Source: Botryllus schlosseri (Eukaryota). From it: a DNA stretch of 64,000 nt. Numbering within the stretch: position 1 is the first letter of the stretch; the number at the start of each line of letters is the position of its first letter. The notes below the pieces were generated by a model, which did not search any database, was not told the origin of the DNA, and saw only the letters and a list, made by a program, of their open reading frames with translations. The translations under genes were made by a program, and so were the position numbers. Positions 26,931 through 39,046 of this stretch are shown here, piece by piece. The stretch lies in the NCBI GenBank assembly GCA_051294905.1, contig CM119372.1:37946001-38010000 (forward strand). Reading direction: 5' to 3'.

Positions 26931-27506
26931 GTAAGTCTTTAACCTGCATCAGATTGACTCAATATAATTAAATTGTCACTATTCCACGGACTTCATAGAA
27001 ACGAGTTCTACATGATGATAATAAATTTGATAGTAATATAGTAACTTACGAATCGTCTGAAGTTATCGGTTGACCGCTGGTCATACAGGTGATTACAGTA
27101 AGTCATAGTTGATGCTCAAGTATACACAACTAGAAGTAAGGCCGCAATATCTAATCAAATACAATAGAAATTATTTATTGAAGAGACTCTTGGAGGTACT
27201 AAGCTTCACTATGCAATTGAATAATATATCCTTAGTGAATTGAACCCGAATATTGTCGGCGGATACTCGTCAGCGGTAATCGTCAGCAACTATTAGAGAA
27301 TTGGAGAGAACATTTTACATCAACTGTTGTATTCTCTACTGGTACTCAAGATAGTAGGAAAAGTGACAGAAAATCAATTTTATTAACATAGTTATCATCC
27401 ACCGAGCTACTTCACGTAAATTAATTATGATATTTTGAATACCGTTGTATTACCGCACTATTCTATAACTCAATGTGGAAGGCATGTGTTGTATGTGCTA
27501 TTTCAG

Positions 27507-27611
27507 GGAACCTAAGATCATTGCCTGTTGAGGAGGACTCAATGTTATCAAGCTTGTCCGTGGAATCTATGGAATCTGAAGAAAATGATGTGCTAATTGA
27601 AAACGATGAAG
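27507..27611 (+). CDS. Gene A repeated acidic exon 1 of 5 (NLRSLPVEEDSMLSSLSVESMESEENDVLIENDE)
   Basis: TTTCAG acceptor, GTGAAC donor, 105 nt, phase 1/1, open frame. Confidence 0.72.
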
Positions 27612-27965
27612 GTGAACGCCTGGTTCCTACATTTAACTATGCCACTCTGCCTACCTACTGATGAAGAAGAATCATGCCGCGAATAATCCTCCAAATTAGG
27701 GTCTGCATTTAGGTTACGTAGACTTGGAAGGTCACTATGCTATTTGCAACATGATAGCAACGTGGGAGTGTTTTCGTAGCCTCCGAGTACTCACTCCTCT
27801 GTATATAGTTGCATCACGAAAAGGGGTTCGTTTTCAGATTACTCATATTTGTACTTCATTGGATTTCAAATCCGTGCTGCTCAAATTTAACACTGTTACA
27901 ATTTGCCAAGTTACAAGTCATGTTTGATGCGACTTGTATCACTGGGATGGAATTATTATAAATAC

Positions 27966-30937
27966 CCGTATTGACATGACTCGAGTCCATGACTTGACTC
28001 GAGTCGATTTTTCGTATGACTTGATTTGACTCGACTCAACTTTTCAAAAATGACTTGACTTGGCGTTTCAAAAATGAGGATGGAATCGTGACCTGAAAGA
28101 AAGTTTTCGAGTCAATTTCAAGGCAGCAAGTAATCGGTGTCGACTAAATCGTTGTACCTGGACATAAATGTTTTCGACACGCTGATATGACATGTGTGAG
28201 CACTGAGAAACCATAGTCATTCAACGATTGCGCAGCCTAGTCTTACTGAGCCTCCGTCGGCATTTCACAAATAAATTGACCAACGAAGTGAATATATATT
28301 TACGTTGTCATTAAACTAGTAATCGATCTATAGCAGTGGTTCTTAACCTTTTAACTGCAGGGCCCATTTTCGAAAATTGTCTAGATCTGGCGCCCCCTCC
28401 CCATATTTGAAGGGCGGTAGTAAAAACTATGGGTCGAAGTCCGATCGGTCTTTTCGGCATGAGACACGAGACATGAGGCATGAGACCATTAGAAATAGCT
28501 TGAATCGCGCTCGAAGACCACTCAATTGATTAACGCTATAATAATTGTGTGTGCTATATTTGGGCTTACATCAAGGTTATAAGAAAAATAGGGTACGGAC
28601 TCATAGCATATGGTTCGAGCACGACATACACATCGCGAATTCACCTCTGCGATTGGCAAGTCAAGGACGTTAATTGTATCGGGCTTTGTTTCATTGCCTT
28701 CTGCGAGTAGTAAACCAACTGAGATGGTGATAGAGATCCTTGCTCACATTGAATTTAGTAGGCCTACTGCTTCTAGGTAATGACTTTACCATCAATGTAC
28801 TCCAATCAAACCAACCCATTTCATGTAATATTCATGTGAGGTTGCGGGTCACGACACAAGACAGTGACATCCTTCATGATACCAGTAAGAGATAGTCTGA
28901 AGATATAATTTTGTAGCTCTCAAATACAAGTAAACTTAGTTGTTGATCATCACTCTCAAAAGTGGTACAGTGCCTCTTTCTTCGCATTCGACATGCTGTG
29001 CGCTGCAGGATAACATACCTATAGTTCGAAACATTTAGTGGGAAATAACCCGAGATAGCGTGTCGGAAGTGTTTAACGGGGAATTGGCGATCTAAAGGTA
29101 CGCGCAATTCCTTTTACATGAATTATGATAAACCACTGGAATCATGAAAACATGCTGCAAACACTGTCGGCGCATATTTCGCGCAGAGCGCGACGAAAAG
29201 TTTTGTATTTCGACAGATTTTGTACAATCTTAATTTGCAATGAGAACTCAGGGATATATATAACTGTTATTCTACTATATAATTATATGTCCTTACCATT
29301 GTTGGGAGCAAATCACTACCTTCAAGTCACGAGTCATTGCACATTTTGGCTCGAGTCAAGTCAAGTCTATCGATTTTCGAAGGTGACCCGAGTCAAGTCA
29401 ATTCAAGTCATGAGTCAAGTCACGATTCAAGTAAAATTCAATTTTCGAAGTATGATTGATGCTTCAAAGTTATTACATTTGGCCTGCTGTGTGAAAGACA
29501 GATTTATTGGTCATTTATCTTGACTCTAATAACGAATATAACGGTAAGTATACATGCAAAAAGGCTTTGCATCGCTTACGCACACGTAAAACTGCTAATG
29601 AAATACACGAATAACAGCATATGCTCCATACTACAGTACGTTTTTATCAGTCAAAACACAGGATTGAATACGAAGCCTCGAGAAGTTGAAACAAATGGAT
29701 ATGATATAATACTATGTCTACTCATCCGTGAGAATATAAGCGCATAAACTATATTAGTTCGATTTAAATCATACAGGACGGTTGGTAAAGGTGAGCACTG
29801 CCCTATGTAAGCACTGAGCCGCCGTCTAAGAGAAAGAGATACGTTGCTTTTAAACTAATCTACTACTACTACGACCGGTAAGCTGCGATCATTTCGTTTG
29901 ACGTTAATTTATTTGAGATGTAACAATGGAGGATCAGGATCAGTGAAACGTACAATCTGTGAATGGCTGGTTGCTCTCACATGCACTGAGCTTAACAAAC
30001 ACATGTGACATGTGACACCGGCTCACATGTGACATCGGCCTATCGCGAACAATCCGAACATACACAAGATACAGTGATTTGATCGACTTCGGTTACCTGA
30101 TGACTTGAAATTGACTCGTAGATTTTGCTCCGAGTCACGAGTCAATCCAAATTTCTGACGCCCCGAATCAAGTCAAGTCAAGTCATTTTTACAAAGTGAC
30201 TCGAGTCAAGTCAAGTCATACGGAAAAGTTGACTCGAGTCATCTCAACAATGTCCCTTACTGCACTCTCCACTGAGACGCTATTTTCAGTGCCTGCCATG
30301 TAGCCTACCTCCCCCCATGAGCAAGCGCCCCCCATATCGCCCCCTGAGCGTTTCCGCCCCTTCGACAATTCAAATCTCCCCTTGAGGGGCGCTGGCGACG
30401 AGGTTTAGAAACACTGATCTATGTAGCTATGTATTTCTACTCTATAGAATGCTCCGAGCTGACCCTAATGAACCTCTTGTATGATTGAAATCGCTCTGGA
30501 ATAGTTCATGCATTCACATCACTCGTCAGCAATGGGTGCAGACTTACATTGTGTCGCATTATTGTGTATGGGATTGTGGATTTCATCATATCAAGTTGTT
30601 CAAACTCTTTGTAGTTTCTCATTCTATCATGTATTTAGCTGAGAGTTACCAACTTGGTTTAGCAGCTCCACGATAGGCCTGTGAGACATGCACGTGCACG
30701 TCCCGTTGAAGGTATCATTAGCTCGTTATTCGGTAATCGATTCATAATTAATATCAACTCAATATGTATGTCAATGATGTTGCAAAATAAAATGGTTTGA
30801 ATCATGCCTCGTACTTCGGAGATTCGACATGACGTTGGCAGTTGAATCGACTTGACTTAACTTGACTCGAGTCAAAATGTGCAATGACTCGATGTGACTT
30901 GTGACTCGAATGTAACTGTGACTTGATGCCAACACTG
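27966..30937. mobile_element. Three-level nest of hAT-type elements in a gene A intron
   Basis: Outer GACTCGAGTC-repeat element (TSD ATAAATAC/ATCAATAC) contains 28334-30416 (CAGTGGTTCTTAACC; TSD ATCTATAG/ATCTATGT), which contains 29297-30252 (TSD GTCCTTAC/TCCCTTAC). Confidence 0.75.
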
Positions 30938-31089
30938 ATCAATACTGACCGATTTGGGCTTTTTTATTCACTTTATCAGAATGCAATCTGTCAATAAAAT
31001 TATTAATGGTATTTTCAATACCGATGTGTAATCCCATTATTCCATAACTTATCCGGGCGTGAAGGCATTTGTTGTATGTGCTATTGCAG

Positions 31090-31200
31090 AGAAAGTGACA
31101 TCATGGCCTGCTGAGGAAGAATCAATGTTATCGAGCATCTACGTGGATTCTATTAAATCTGAAGCGATTGATGCGTTCTTCGTAAATGAGAATGTGGAAG
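31090..31200 (+). CDS. Gene A repeated acidic exon 2 of 5 (KVTSWPAEEESMLSSIYVDSIKSEAIDAFFVNENVE)
   Basis: TTGCAG acceptor, GTAAAT donor, 111 nt, phase 1/1, open frame. Confidence 0.7.
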
Positions 31201-31593
31201 GTAAATACTCGGTTAACGGATGTCAATATCCTCGATATTTCACTAATTAATATACTTAACATCACGGGACCCTCCAAATTTGCGCGTTAATTTGGGTTTT
31301 GGAGTCTTTGAAGCTCGCTAATCTCTCAACAACATTGCAAAAATCTGGGAATAATTTCGTAGCACCCGAGTACTTAAATTTATGGTTGCACCACGAGAAG
31401 CGTTATGTTTTTAGGATTCTAAAGCCAAACTATACTCAAATTTTACATTGCTATAATTTACCTAGTGGCAAGTCATGTTTGAAGAGATTTGCATCTCTTG
31501 ACTAGAATTTTTATAATATAACGGGCGATGTGAGTGATTCAAATCACTTTATCTGAATGCAACCTATCACTGAAATTAATAATAATCTTTTAA

Positions 31594-32317
31594 AGGGCAC
31601 TGCGCTCTAAAAATGATGTGGTCTCAAATTGAAGGGCAAAACGAAAAAAATGGGCCGCAACCATTTTCTTCAGAACGCCACCGTAATGGAGCTGCAATTT
31701 ATTGAAGTTTCCACAAGACCTTCACGCACCAGCTGCCGCGGCTGCGCGTCATCGTTTCTTAACCCGTTGACAAAATTTATGACGCGATATCTTCACCGTT
31801 GCACTTGCTCGACGAGATTAGGCAATCACTTAGAGAACGTACTTTAGATAATTGTCAGCCGATATTATGAATAGCTTTGCATCAATATACAACTGTAATG
31901 ACATCTCAGTATCCGTCAACTGGCAAATATTACAGAGTCATGACAAGCTTCAGACACAAATCCTCCTGACTTAACTTCGTACCGTACCGTACCGTACGCC
32001 TCTACTTAACGTAACTAAACCACCCTTGCGTGTAAGACATATTTCCTTCATAACATCGGCTGGCAACTATCAAAAGTTCGTTCTCTGCGTGGCTGCCTAA
32101 TCGCGTCAAGCAAGTGCAACGGTGAAGACATCGTGCCATGTAACGGGTTAGGAAATTGCGCGATGCCGCGACAGCTGGAGCGTGAAAGTCCTGTGGAAAT
32201 TTCAATAAATTACACCTCCATTACGGTTGCGTTCTGATAAAAATGGCTGCGTTCGATTTGTTTTTTCGTTGTGCCCGGCAATTTGAGACCACGACATTTT
32301 TAGAGCGCAGTGCCCCT
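31594..32317. mobile_element. Kolobok/T2-type MITE with long TIRs
   Basis: TTAA TSD; ends AGGG(G)CACTGCGCTCTAAAAATG; imperfect inverted arms of roughly 270 bp. Confidence 0.8.
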
Positions 32318-32389
32318 TTAATACGCATGTGTACATTGTGTAGTCCAATTATTCGGCGGTGAAGACCTATGTTGTATGTACTATTGCAG

Positions 32390-32500
32390 GGAAGGTGATA
32401 CCGTTCCCTACCGGGGAGGACTCAATATTATCAAGCATCTCCGTGAAATTTAATAAATCTGAAGATATTGATGTCCTCTCTATAAATGAGAATGATGAAG
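32390..32500 (+). CDS. Gene A repeated acidic exon 3 of 5 (KVIPFPTGEDSILSSISVKFNKSEDIDVLSINENDE)
   Basis: TTGCAG acceptor, GTGAAC donor, 111 nt, phase 1/1, open frame. Confidence 0.7.
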
Positions 32501-32951
32501 GTGAACGCATGACACCCGTATTTCTTTATGCTACACTTTCTACTAATGAATACTCAATATCAGGGGGCGAAAGCCACGAATGGTCCTTCAAACTAAGGTT
32601 CGGATTTAGGTTAGCCTATGAAGGTCGCTATGCTCGCTACGACATTGAAGCACGAGAAAAGCTATGTTTGTAGACTACTCATATTTGTACTTTTGTGGTA
32701 TTCGAAGTCATACTATAGGCCTACTCAAATATTACATTGTTACAATTTACCAAGTAACAGGTCATGTCTGAATCGATTTGCATCACATGAATGGAATTAT
32801 TATAAATGCTGAGCTATGGGGTTTCTTTAAATCCCTTTATCTGAATGCAACCTATCACTGAAATTAATAATGATATTTTAATACCGATGTGTAAGCGCAT
32901 TATTCTATAAATTATCCAATGTAAAGGCCTATGTTGTATGTGTTATTTCAG

Positions 32952-33053
32952 GAAAATTGACATCATTTCCTGCTGAAGAGGACTCAATATTATCGAGCAC
33001 ATTCGTGGAATCTATTAAAACTGAAAAAAATGATGTTAATGAGAACGAGGAAG
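32952..33053 (+). CDS. Gene A repeated acidic exon 4 of 5 (KLTSFPAEEDSILSSTFVESIKTEKNDVNENEE)
   Basis: TTTCAG acceptor, GTAAAT donor, 102 nt, phase 1/1, open frame. Confidence 0.7.
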
Positions 33054-33491
33054 GTAAATGCCTGCAGGTTCTCGGATTTCATTATGTTCCACTCTCTCTA
33101 CATCAGGGGACGAATGCCACAAAAAACTTCCAAATTATCGTCTGAATTTGGGTTTTGGATATTTTGACGGTCGCTATGCTCTCTACCACCTTGCAGTAAC
33201 GTGGGGATATCTTCGTAGCACCCTAGTACTAATCTATAGTTGCGCGACGAGAAACGCTATGTTTTTAGAATTCTGAAGCCCAACTATACTCAAATGTAAC
33301 TTTGCAATTTACCAAGTAGCAAGTCTTGTTTGAAGCGATTTTCATCTCTTAACTACAATTTCTATGATATAATGGGCAATTTCGGCCATTTAAATCACTT
33401 TATCTTAATGCAGCCTATAACAGAAATTAATAATGCAATTAGCACTCGAATTATTCTACGGTGAAGGCCTATGTTGTATATACTATTTCAG

Positions 33492-33602
33492 GGAAGCTGA
33501 GATCATTGCCTGCTGAGGAGGACTCAATATTATCAAGCATTTCCGTGGAATCTATTAAAGCTGAAGAAATTGATATGCTGTCTGTAAATGAGAAGGATGA
33601 AG
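33492..33602 (+). CDS. Gene A repeated acidic exon 5 of 5 (KLRSLPAEEDSILSSISVESIKAEEIDMLSVNEKDE)
   Basis: TTTCAG acceptor, GTAAAC donor, 111 nt, phase 1/1, open frame; absent from the ORF track. Confidence 0.7.
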
Positions 33603-34446
33603 GTAAACGCTTGGTCCCGTGGATTTTATTATGAGTCACTATCTACTAATTGCTATTCACCACCATTTGTCGAAAGCCATGAATGACCCTCCAAATTTTC
33701 GTCTTGGGGCATTATGGCTTCATTGATTTCCGATACATCACAATGAATGTCCATGACGACAAGTCCTACAGTAGTTGAAGAAATGATTCAGTACATATTC
33801 TAGTCACAGCTTTCGAAATTCTAGGGTCCGCTAATGCGAGATGGCGCTTTCCGCCACAAATAGGTGCAATGTAATAGGTTGCCATCAGATGAGGTGATAT
33901 CAAGGACTTGTATCGCCCAGTATTAGTAATAATTCCACAAAAATGATGCAAATTGGTTCAAACTTGTGAAAACGTGACAAATGAGCAGTGCGGCTTGAAA
34001 AGGTAATGAAGTACATGTACAAATATGTATCGTCTAAAAATATAGCGTTTGCCGTTGCACAACTACAGATAACAATACGCGAGTACTGCGAAAACATTCC
34101 TACTTTGCTGTCATGTGGTAGACAACATAGCAACCTTAAAGACTTCGAAACCCAAATCCTTTCCGTAAAGTTTAACACCTACGCTCTCCGATTAAATAAA
34201 CACAATTTACCAGAATCCAGTCACTAAATATTGTTACACCCTTCCCAATTCTATCCTAGTCAAGATATGGTCTTCTACAGTTTCAGAACAATGACGCAAT
34301 GAGAGATTTCATGAATGCACTTCAATCCAACCGCGCCCTCAAATCGGCTCTAGTCGGTCCTGGCATTCACACCATTGTTTTGCGCCTACTTCGGTGCAAT
34401 TACAATGCAAATTAATAAATGACGAATTATAGATAGATAGATAGCA

Positions 34447-34718
34447 TTTGTTTGTTTTGGGGGTATTCATGGTGTTTGTCGACTACTATGGTCATTTACA
34501 CCAGGCCGATATTCTTATTTTCCGTAGCTGCCGACTTATAGCACGGCCCACCTCTAGGCTTTTGTAAGACACTGCTGACGCGGATGAGGTGGCGAGGAGG
34601 AGCCTAGGTAAACCTCCAACACTTAAGTATCGGAATTCGGAAGTCGACCTCGGTCGGTCTCGAACCCGCACCCATTGGTGTTGCAGCCGCGGATTATACC
34701 ACTGCGCTATCTCGCCAC
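34447..34718 (-). mobile_element. Full-length tRNA-derived SINE (family 1)
   Basis: Near-identical to 9751-10029. Confidence 0.9.
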
Positions 34719-34866
34719 TCATGTACAAGAAACAATAGCGATTTCGGAGATATGCCAAGACTACTTCAAGTGGAAGTACAAAGTCAGAGGTCTCAAAAGT
34801 AAATTTGGTCAAGGCTTCGAATATTTCTAGGTAAATTGGAATGGAGCACTCTCTAATTCTAAGAAG

Positions 34867-35031
34867 CACCTCATCCGCGGCAGCGGTGTCTTACAAAAGC
34901 CTAGAGGTGGGCTGTGCTATAAGTCGGCAGTAACGGGGAAAAAAAGAAGAAAAAAAGAATATCGGACTGGTGTAAATGACCATAGTAGTCGACAAACATC
35001 ATGAATACCCAAAAAAACAAAAAACAAACAA
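34867..35031 (+). mobile_element. 5'-truncated SINE family 1 copy
   Basis: Matches the 3' half of the SINE with its AAAC tail; inverted relative to 34447-34718. Confidence 0.85.
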
Positions 35032-35125
35032 GCACCATCGCGACTAACATAAGATGACTAATGAAAACGCAAAGAAGTGCAATTTTCGAGAACATATTCC
35101 GTTTCCATCGTACATAGGCTATTCC

Positions 35126-36441
35126 CAGAGGTGGTCAGTAACGAAGTACTTCTACTTTTTCGAAGTACTCAAGTAGTTTTCCTCTACTTCTGATACTCAC
35201 TCAAGTAGATCTGATTTTCGCTACTTCTACTTCTACTTAGTAATATATTGTGATCTACTTACTTACTTTTCGCTATTTTCAGTTTATCAAGTTGAAGTAG
35301 TTTAATCCTCCAATCAGGAAGATAGTTTCAATCCTCCAATCAGGAAGATAGCCTGAGGAATTTCGGGGCTGTTTTCACGGATTATGAATATTTAATTTTC
35401 GTAAAAGTTCAGCAAAGTCCAGAATTTTCGTCGCGCTTCGCGCTCAGTGGATGCGGAGTAACCCGTATGATTTCACGAAAGTATCGGTGAATATAATTTT
35501 GGTAGCGGGTTGGCGTGGTACCGTTCACACCGCATTGTTGCCCTTCACCCATATGAAATGTTTCACCACAGTATGTATGGCTCATCATAACGTTTGAAAC
35601 CGATGTTTCGCAATCTAGCATTCACTTATCATATCGTAATCTAGCAGTCCATGACGTGTCCTAATCTGGAAAAGTGAACCCTGACTTTTATTTAGTTTTA
35701 GAGCTGTTTTACCCTACCACCTTTGAAACTTGCTGCTTTTAGATATGAAATGCATATTCCGCTTTTGGAAGTAGTATTTATATTTCACTTTCAATTCCCA
35801 GTATCACATACTTTGAGTTCTAATTATTTATCAGTTCTTTTGTCTCGATAACATACATGTTGAAGTATAAAAGCAAGTGTAGTAATGCCTTTAATTTCCG
35901 AAAATAAAGCTAAACAACATTGCATTTTTACTATCCACCATATTTTATATTACCGTTTTCTAATCGCGCAAAGTGTTCACGCCTTATCCTATACAGCTTC
36001 TCCGTATTGCTCTTCGACTAAACTGCAGGCCTTATAATATGGGGGAGTGCGCCAAACCATGATATTTTCTAAAACGTGCTGTTCGATTAAGCAAAGGATT
36101 AGTATCGCATTTCCATATCAATACTCTCATTTTCATCCCATGATACGGACGAATGCTCATGTTGTATAAAATCCAATGCCTCCTGGTATGAATCAATAGG
36201 AATCAAGCTCGGCACCTTTCGCATAGCTCAATTTTCACCTTTTGACAATCCATGCGAACGAATTACGATCGTTTTCACAACTACTTACTTGAGTAGATTT
36301 AAAGTCAGTCAATTCTACTTCTACTTCAAGTAGTTTTAGGTTGCTGATGGAAGAAGTTGGCTACGTTTACTCGTACTTGAGTAGATTTTTTCGTCGCTAC
36401 TTCTACTTGAGTAGTTTTCTTGACTACTTTGACCACCTCTG
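35126..36441. mobile_element. Tol2-like non-autonomous hAT element
   Basis: TIRs CAGAGGTGGTCA / TGACCACCTCTG; many subterminal AAGTA/TACTT repeats; perfect TSD GCTATTCC. Confidence 0.85.
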
Positions 36442-36708
36442 GCTATTCCATTCAGTTCCAACGACAATGTATATGTAAAGTTGATGCATACCTGGCCGAA
36501 AAACAATATCCGAATTGTTTAAAAGTAGAAGCGGTAGTCGTCTAAAATCATGCTGCAATTATAGGCGTAGCTTTGAGTGATCCTAAAACGTAGAAGACCT
36601 TCGTTATTGACCCACTCTGTATACTTGGTATATGTTTCTGTCAACGCGCATGGTGTGGGCGATACCTATTTTCCTGCTAGCGGCTGATCTCTGATCAATT
36701 TTTTCCAG

Positions 36709-38420
36709 AATCAGATGGCCCGCCCCTTAAAAAGCAAAAGAAATCCACCGACCAGTGTACTTGGAATAAAGTCGTTCCCGCGGGTCGCCAACAGATAGTC
36801 TACGGCGAAAAGCCGTACGTGAAGAGTCGAAGTTTGAACGCGCAACCCTCCGCTCTGAATTGCTTCCTGTCGCTGGTCTCTATGGACGCATTACAACTGT
36901 TAGTGGACATGACCAATAAAAACTATCACCGCAAGACGGAAGAACGCATCGGAAGAAAAACTGTAAAGACTGATTCCAACCTCGGACCAAGCCCCGCCAA
37001 AAGAACGTCTCACGCCTTACCCTGGACTGACGTAACTATTGCGGAAATGAAGGCCTTCATAGGAATGCTGATTGCCATGGGTTTGGTGAGATTGCCTAAT
37101 ATTGACATGTACTGGAGGAAGTCCTGCGCCATTCTGCGCACTGTTGGTTTCCGAGAGGTGATGAGTAGAGACCGCTTTAACTCGATTTATCGCCATATCC
37201 ATTTCGCGGATCCCGAGTGCGAGCAAGTTATCAACCCCGACAATGCGGAACCCCAAACTAGAGACAAGCTTCGTAAAATCAGGCGGTTTTCCGAGATGAT
37301 ACGAAAAAACTGCATGGAAAAGTACGCCGTCGGCAGAAATGTGGCTATTGATGAATCTCTAATTCCGTTCAAAGGCCGCGTGGCATTTCGTCAGTTTCTG
37401 CCCGCAAAGCGATCTAGATACGGCATAAAAGTTTGGGTGTTGGCCGAGTCGGCAACGTCATACGTGTCGAATTTTCAATTTTACGTCGGAAGAGACCCTC
37501 AAGCAGACCCAAACCAAAAAGTAGAACTGGGACGAGCCGTTGTTATGAGTTTGATGGAACCATTTTTAAACGAAGGCCGCCATCTTTACATGGATAACTT
37601 CTACACAAGTCAGGCGCTTTTGGAGGAGCTCTATAATAACGGTACTTACGCATGCGGCACGGTTAGGCAAAATCGAAGAGGCTTTCCTAAGGATCTGCTC
37701 ATTAAAACAACTGGCCCTGACCGCCAAGCGCGTGGTCATTTCGATTGGCGCATGTGCGGGAATACTTTGTGCTATTCGTGGTATGACAACAAACCGGTGT
37801 ACATCATGACGACAATACATCTTCCTGATGACAAGAAAGATGATAAAAGTTCTACTGACATGGTGAAAAGACGTTGGAAATCTCGGGAGACTAAAGAAGT
37901 ACCGTGCCCGTCTGTTATTAAAGATTACAACCGTTACATGGGCGGTGTAGATGGCAACGACCAGATGCGAAAATACTACAATCTCAACAGAAGATCTCGG
38001 GTGTGGTACCGGAAAGTGTTCGGTTACCTTTTAGAGGTCTGCGTGCATAACGCTCGGGTAATGCTGGAGAACATTCAAGGGAAGAGAGTCAACGGCATCG
38101 AGTTCCGCGAGACCTTGATCACGGCGCTTATCGGCAACAACAGGAACGTGACAGTAACTTTCCCGCCTCAGCCAACTTCGGATTCTCTACGACATGACAA
38201 GACGGTGTGGCATATGCCCGTTTTCGGGCCAGGCCATGACAGGAAGCGTAATCGTTGCCGATATTGCTGTAGGCGCGCGGCCGTCGCAAAGGAAGAAGAA
38301 GGAACGATTTTGAGTCGTTACCATTCCATCTATTATTGTTCGGCCTGTGCTGTTCCTCTTTGCGTTAATTCACGGGAATGCTTCCGCAAATATCACGAGG
38401 AAGTTAATTTCTGGCCTTGA
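36709..38420 (+). CDS. piggyBac transposase-derived protein (PGBD4-like, DDE_Tnp_1_7), terminal exon of gene A
   Basis: TTTTTTCCAG acceptor in phase 1, in frame with the 533-aa ORF; motifs IDESLIPFKGR, RYGIKVWVLAES, LYMDNFYTS, YNRYMGGVDGNDQ and C-terminal CRYC...CSAC...LC...CF..YH. Confidence 0.95.
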
Positions 38421-39046
38421 AAATGTTCATGAAGAGTAGAGCAAGTCAAACTGTTGGTCATATGATTCACGAAACGTTGACTTGACGGCGCCGAACATAA
38501 CGCATTGCCGCGTCATTGATACATTATTTGATTGTGTGTCGTGTAATCACCTCATTGACACGCTTGTCATTGTGAAGTTTCTATATTCCCATATTACCGA
38601 CTGCGAATCCTGATTCGGTATCAATATATGTCAAGTACTGTCGTAAAAGACCTTGCTTTGGTTTTAACTTTCAACTCTCTCTTGTAAAATGTACAAATGT
38701 ACATTGCTCATGTACCGTGATTCGTATAGTGGTGTTCGTCATATATACACATTGCTTGCTAATCCGATTTGGATTTAGGTATGTTGTATGAAATGTGTTG
38801 CCCCCTGAGCGTTTGGCTGATTTTAATACAAGATGTTTCGAAATCTTCTATCACATCAAGTGACAACCAGCTCTATACTTATGTTGCGATATAAGATAAT
38901 TCAGGGTGAGATCTGCACTGTGGACAGCCAGATGTCGTTTTTACGTATGGCTGTTTATCCTTCTAGGAATTGGAATGTTATAAAAGCCTTATTTAGTTGG
39001 GCAATAGCAGTTGAATATAAGAATGATTTTAAGGGATTATATACAG

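Noticed and set aside
31594..32317. TTAA-flanked MITE as a substrate of the piggyBac-derived proteins
   Set aside because: Its ends begin AGG, the Kolobok/T2 signature, not the CC(C/T) typical of piggyBac.
27507..33602. CRISPR-like or prokaryotic repeat array
   Set aside because: Units are ~560 bp, diverged and bounded by spliceosomal signals; there are no short identical repeats with unique spacers and no cas genes.
34645..34718. tRNA gene
   Set aside because: A and B boxes are present, but there is no proper acceptor stem and it continues into a repeated body with an AAAC tail, so it is a SINE head.
36819..36821. ORF-track start of the 533-aa protein
   Set aside because: It is a GTG codon inside an exon; the frame is open back to the acceptor before 36709.
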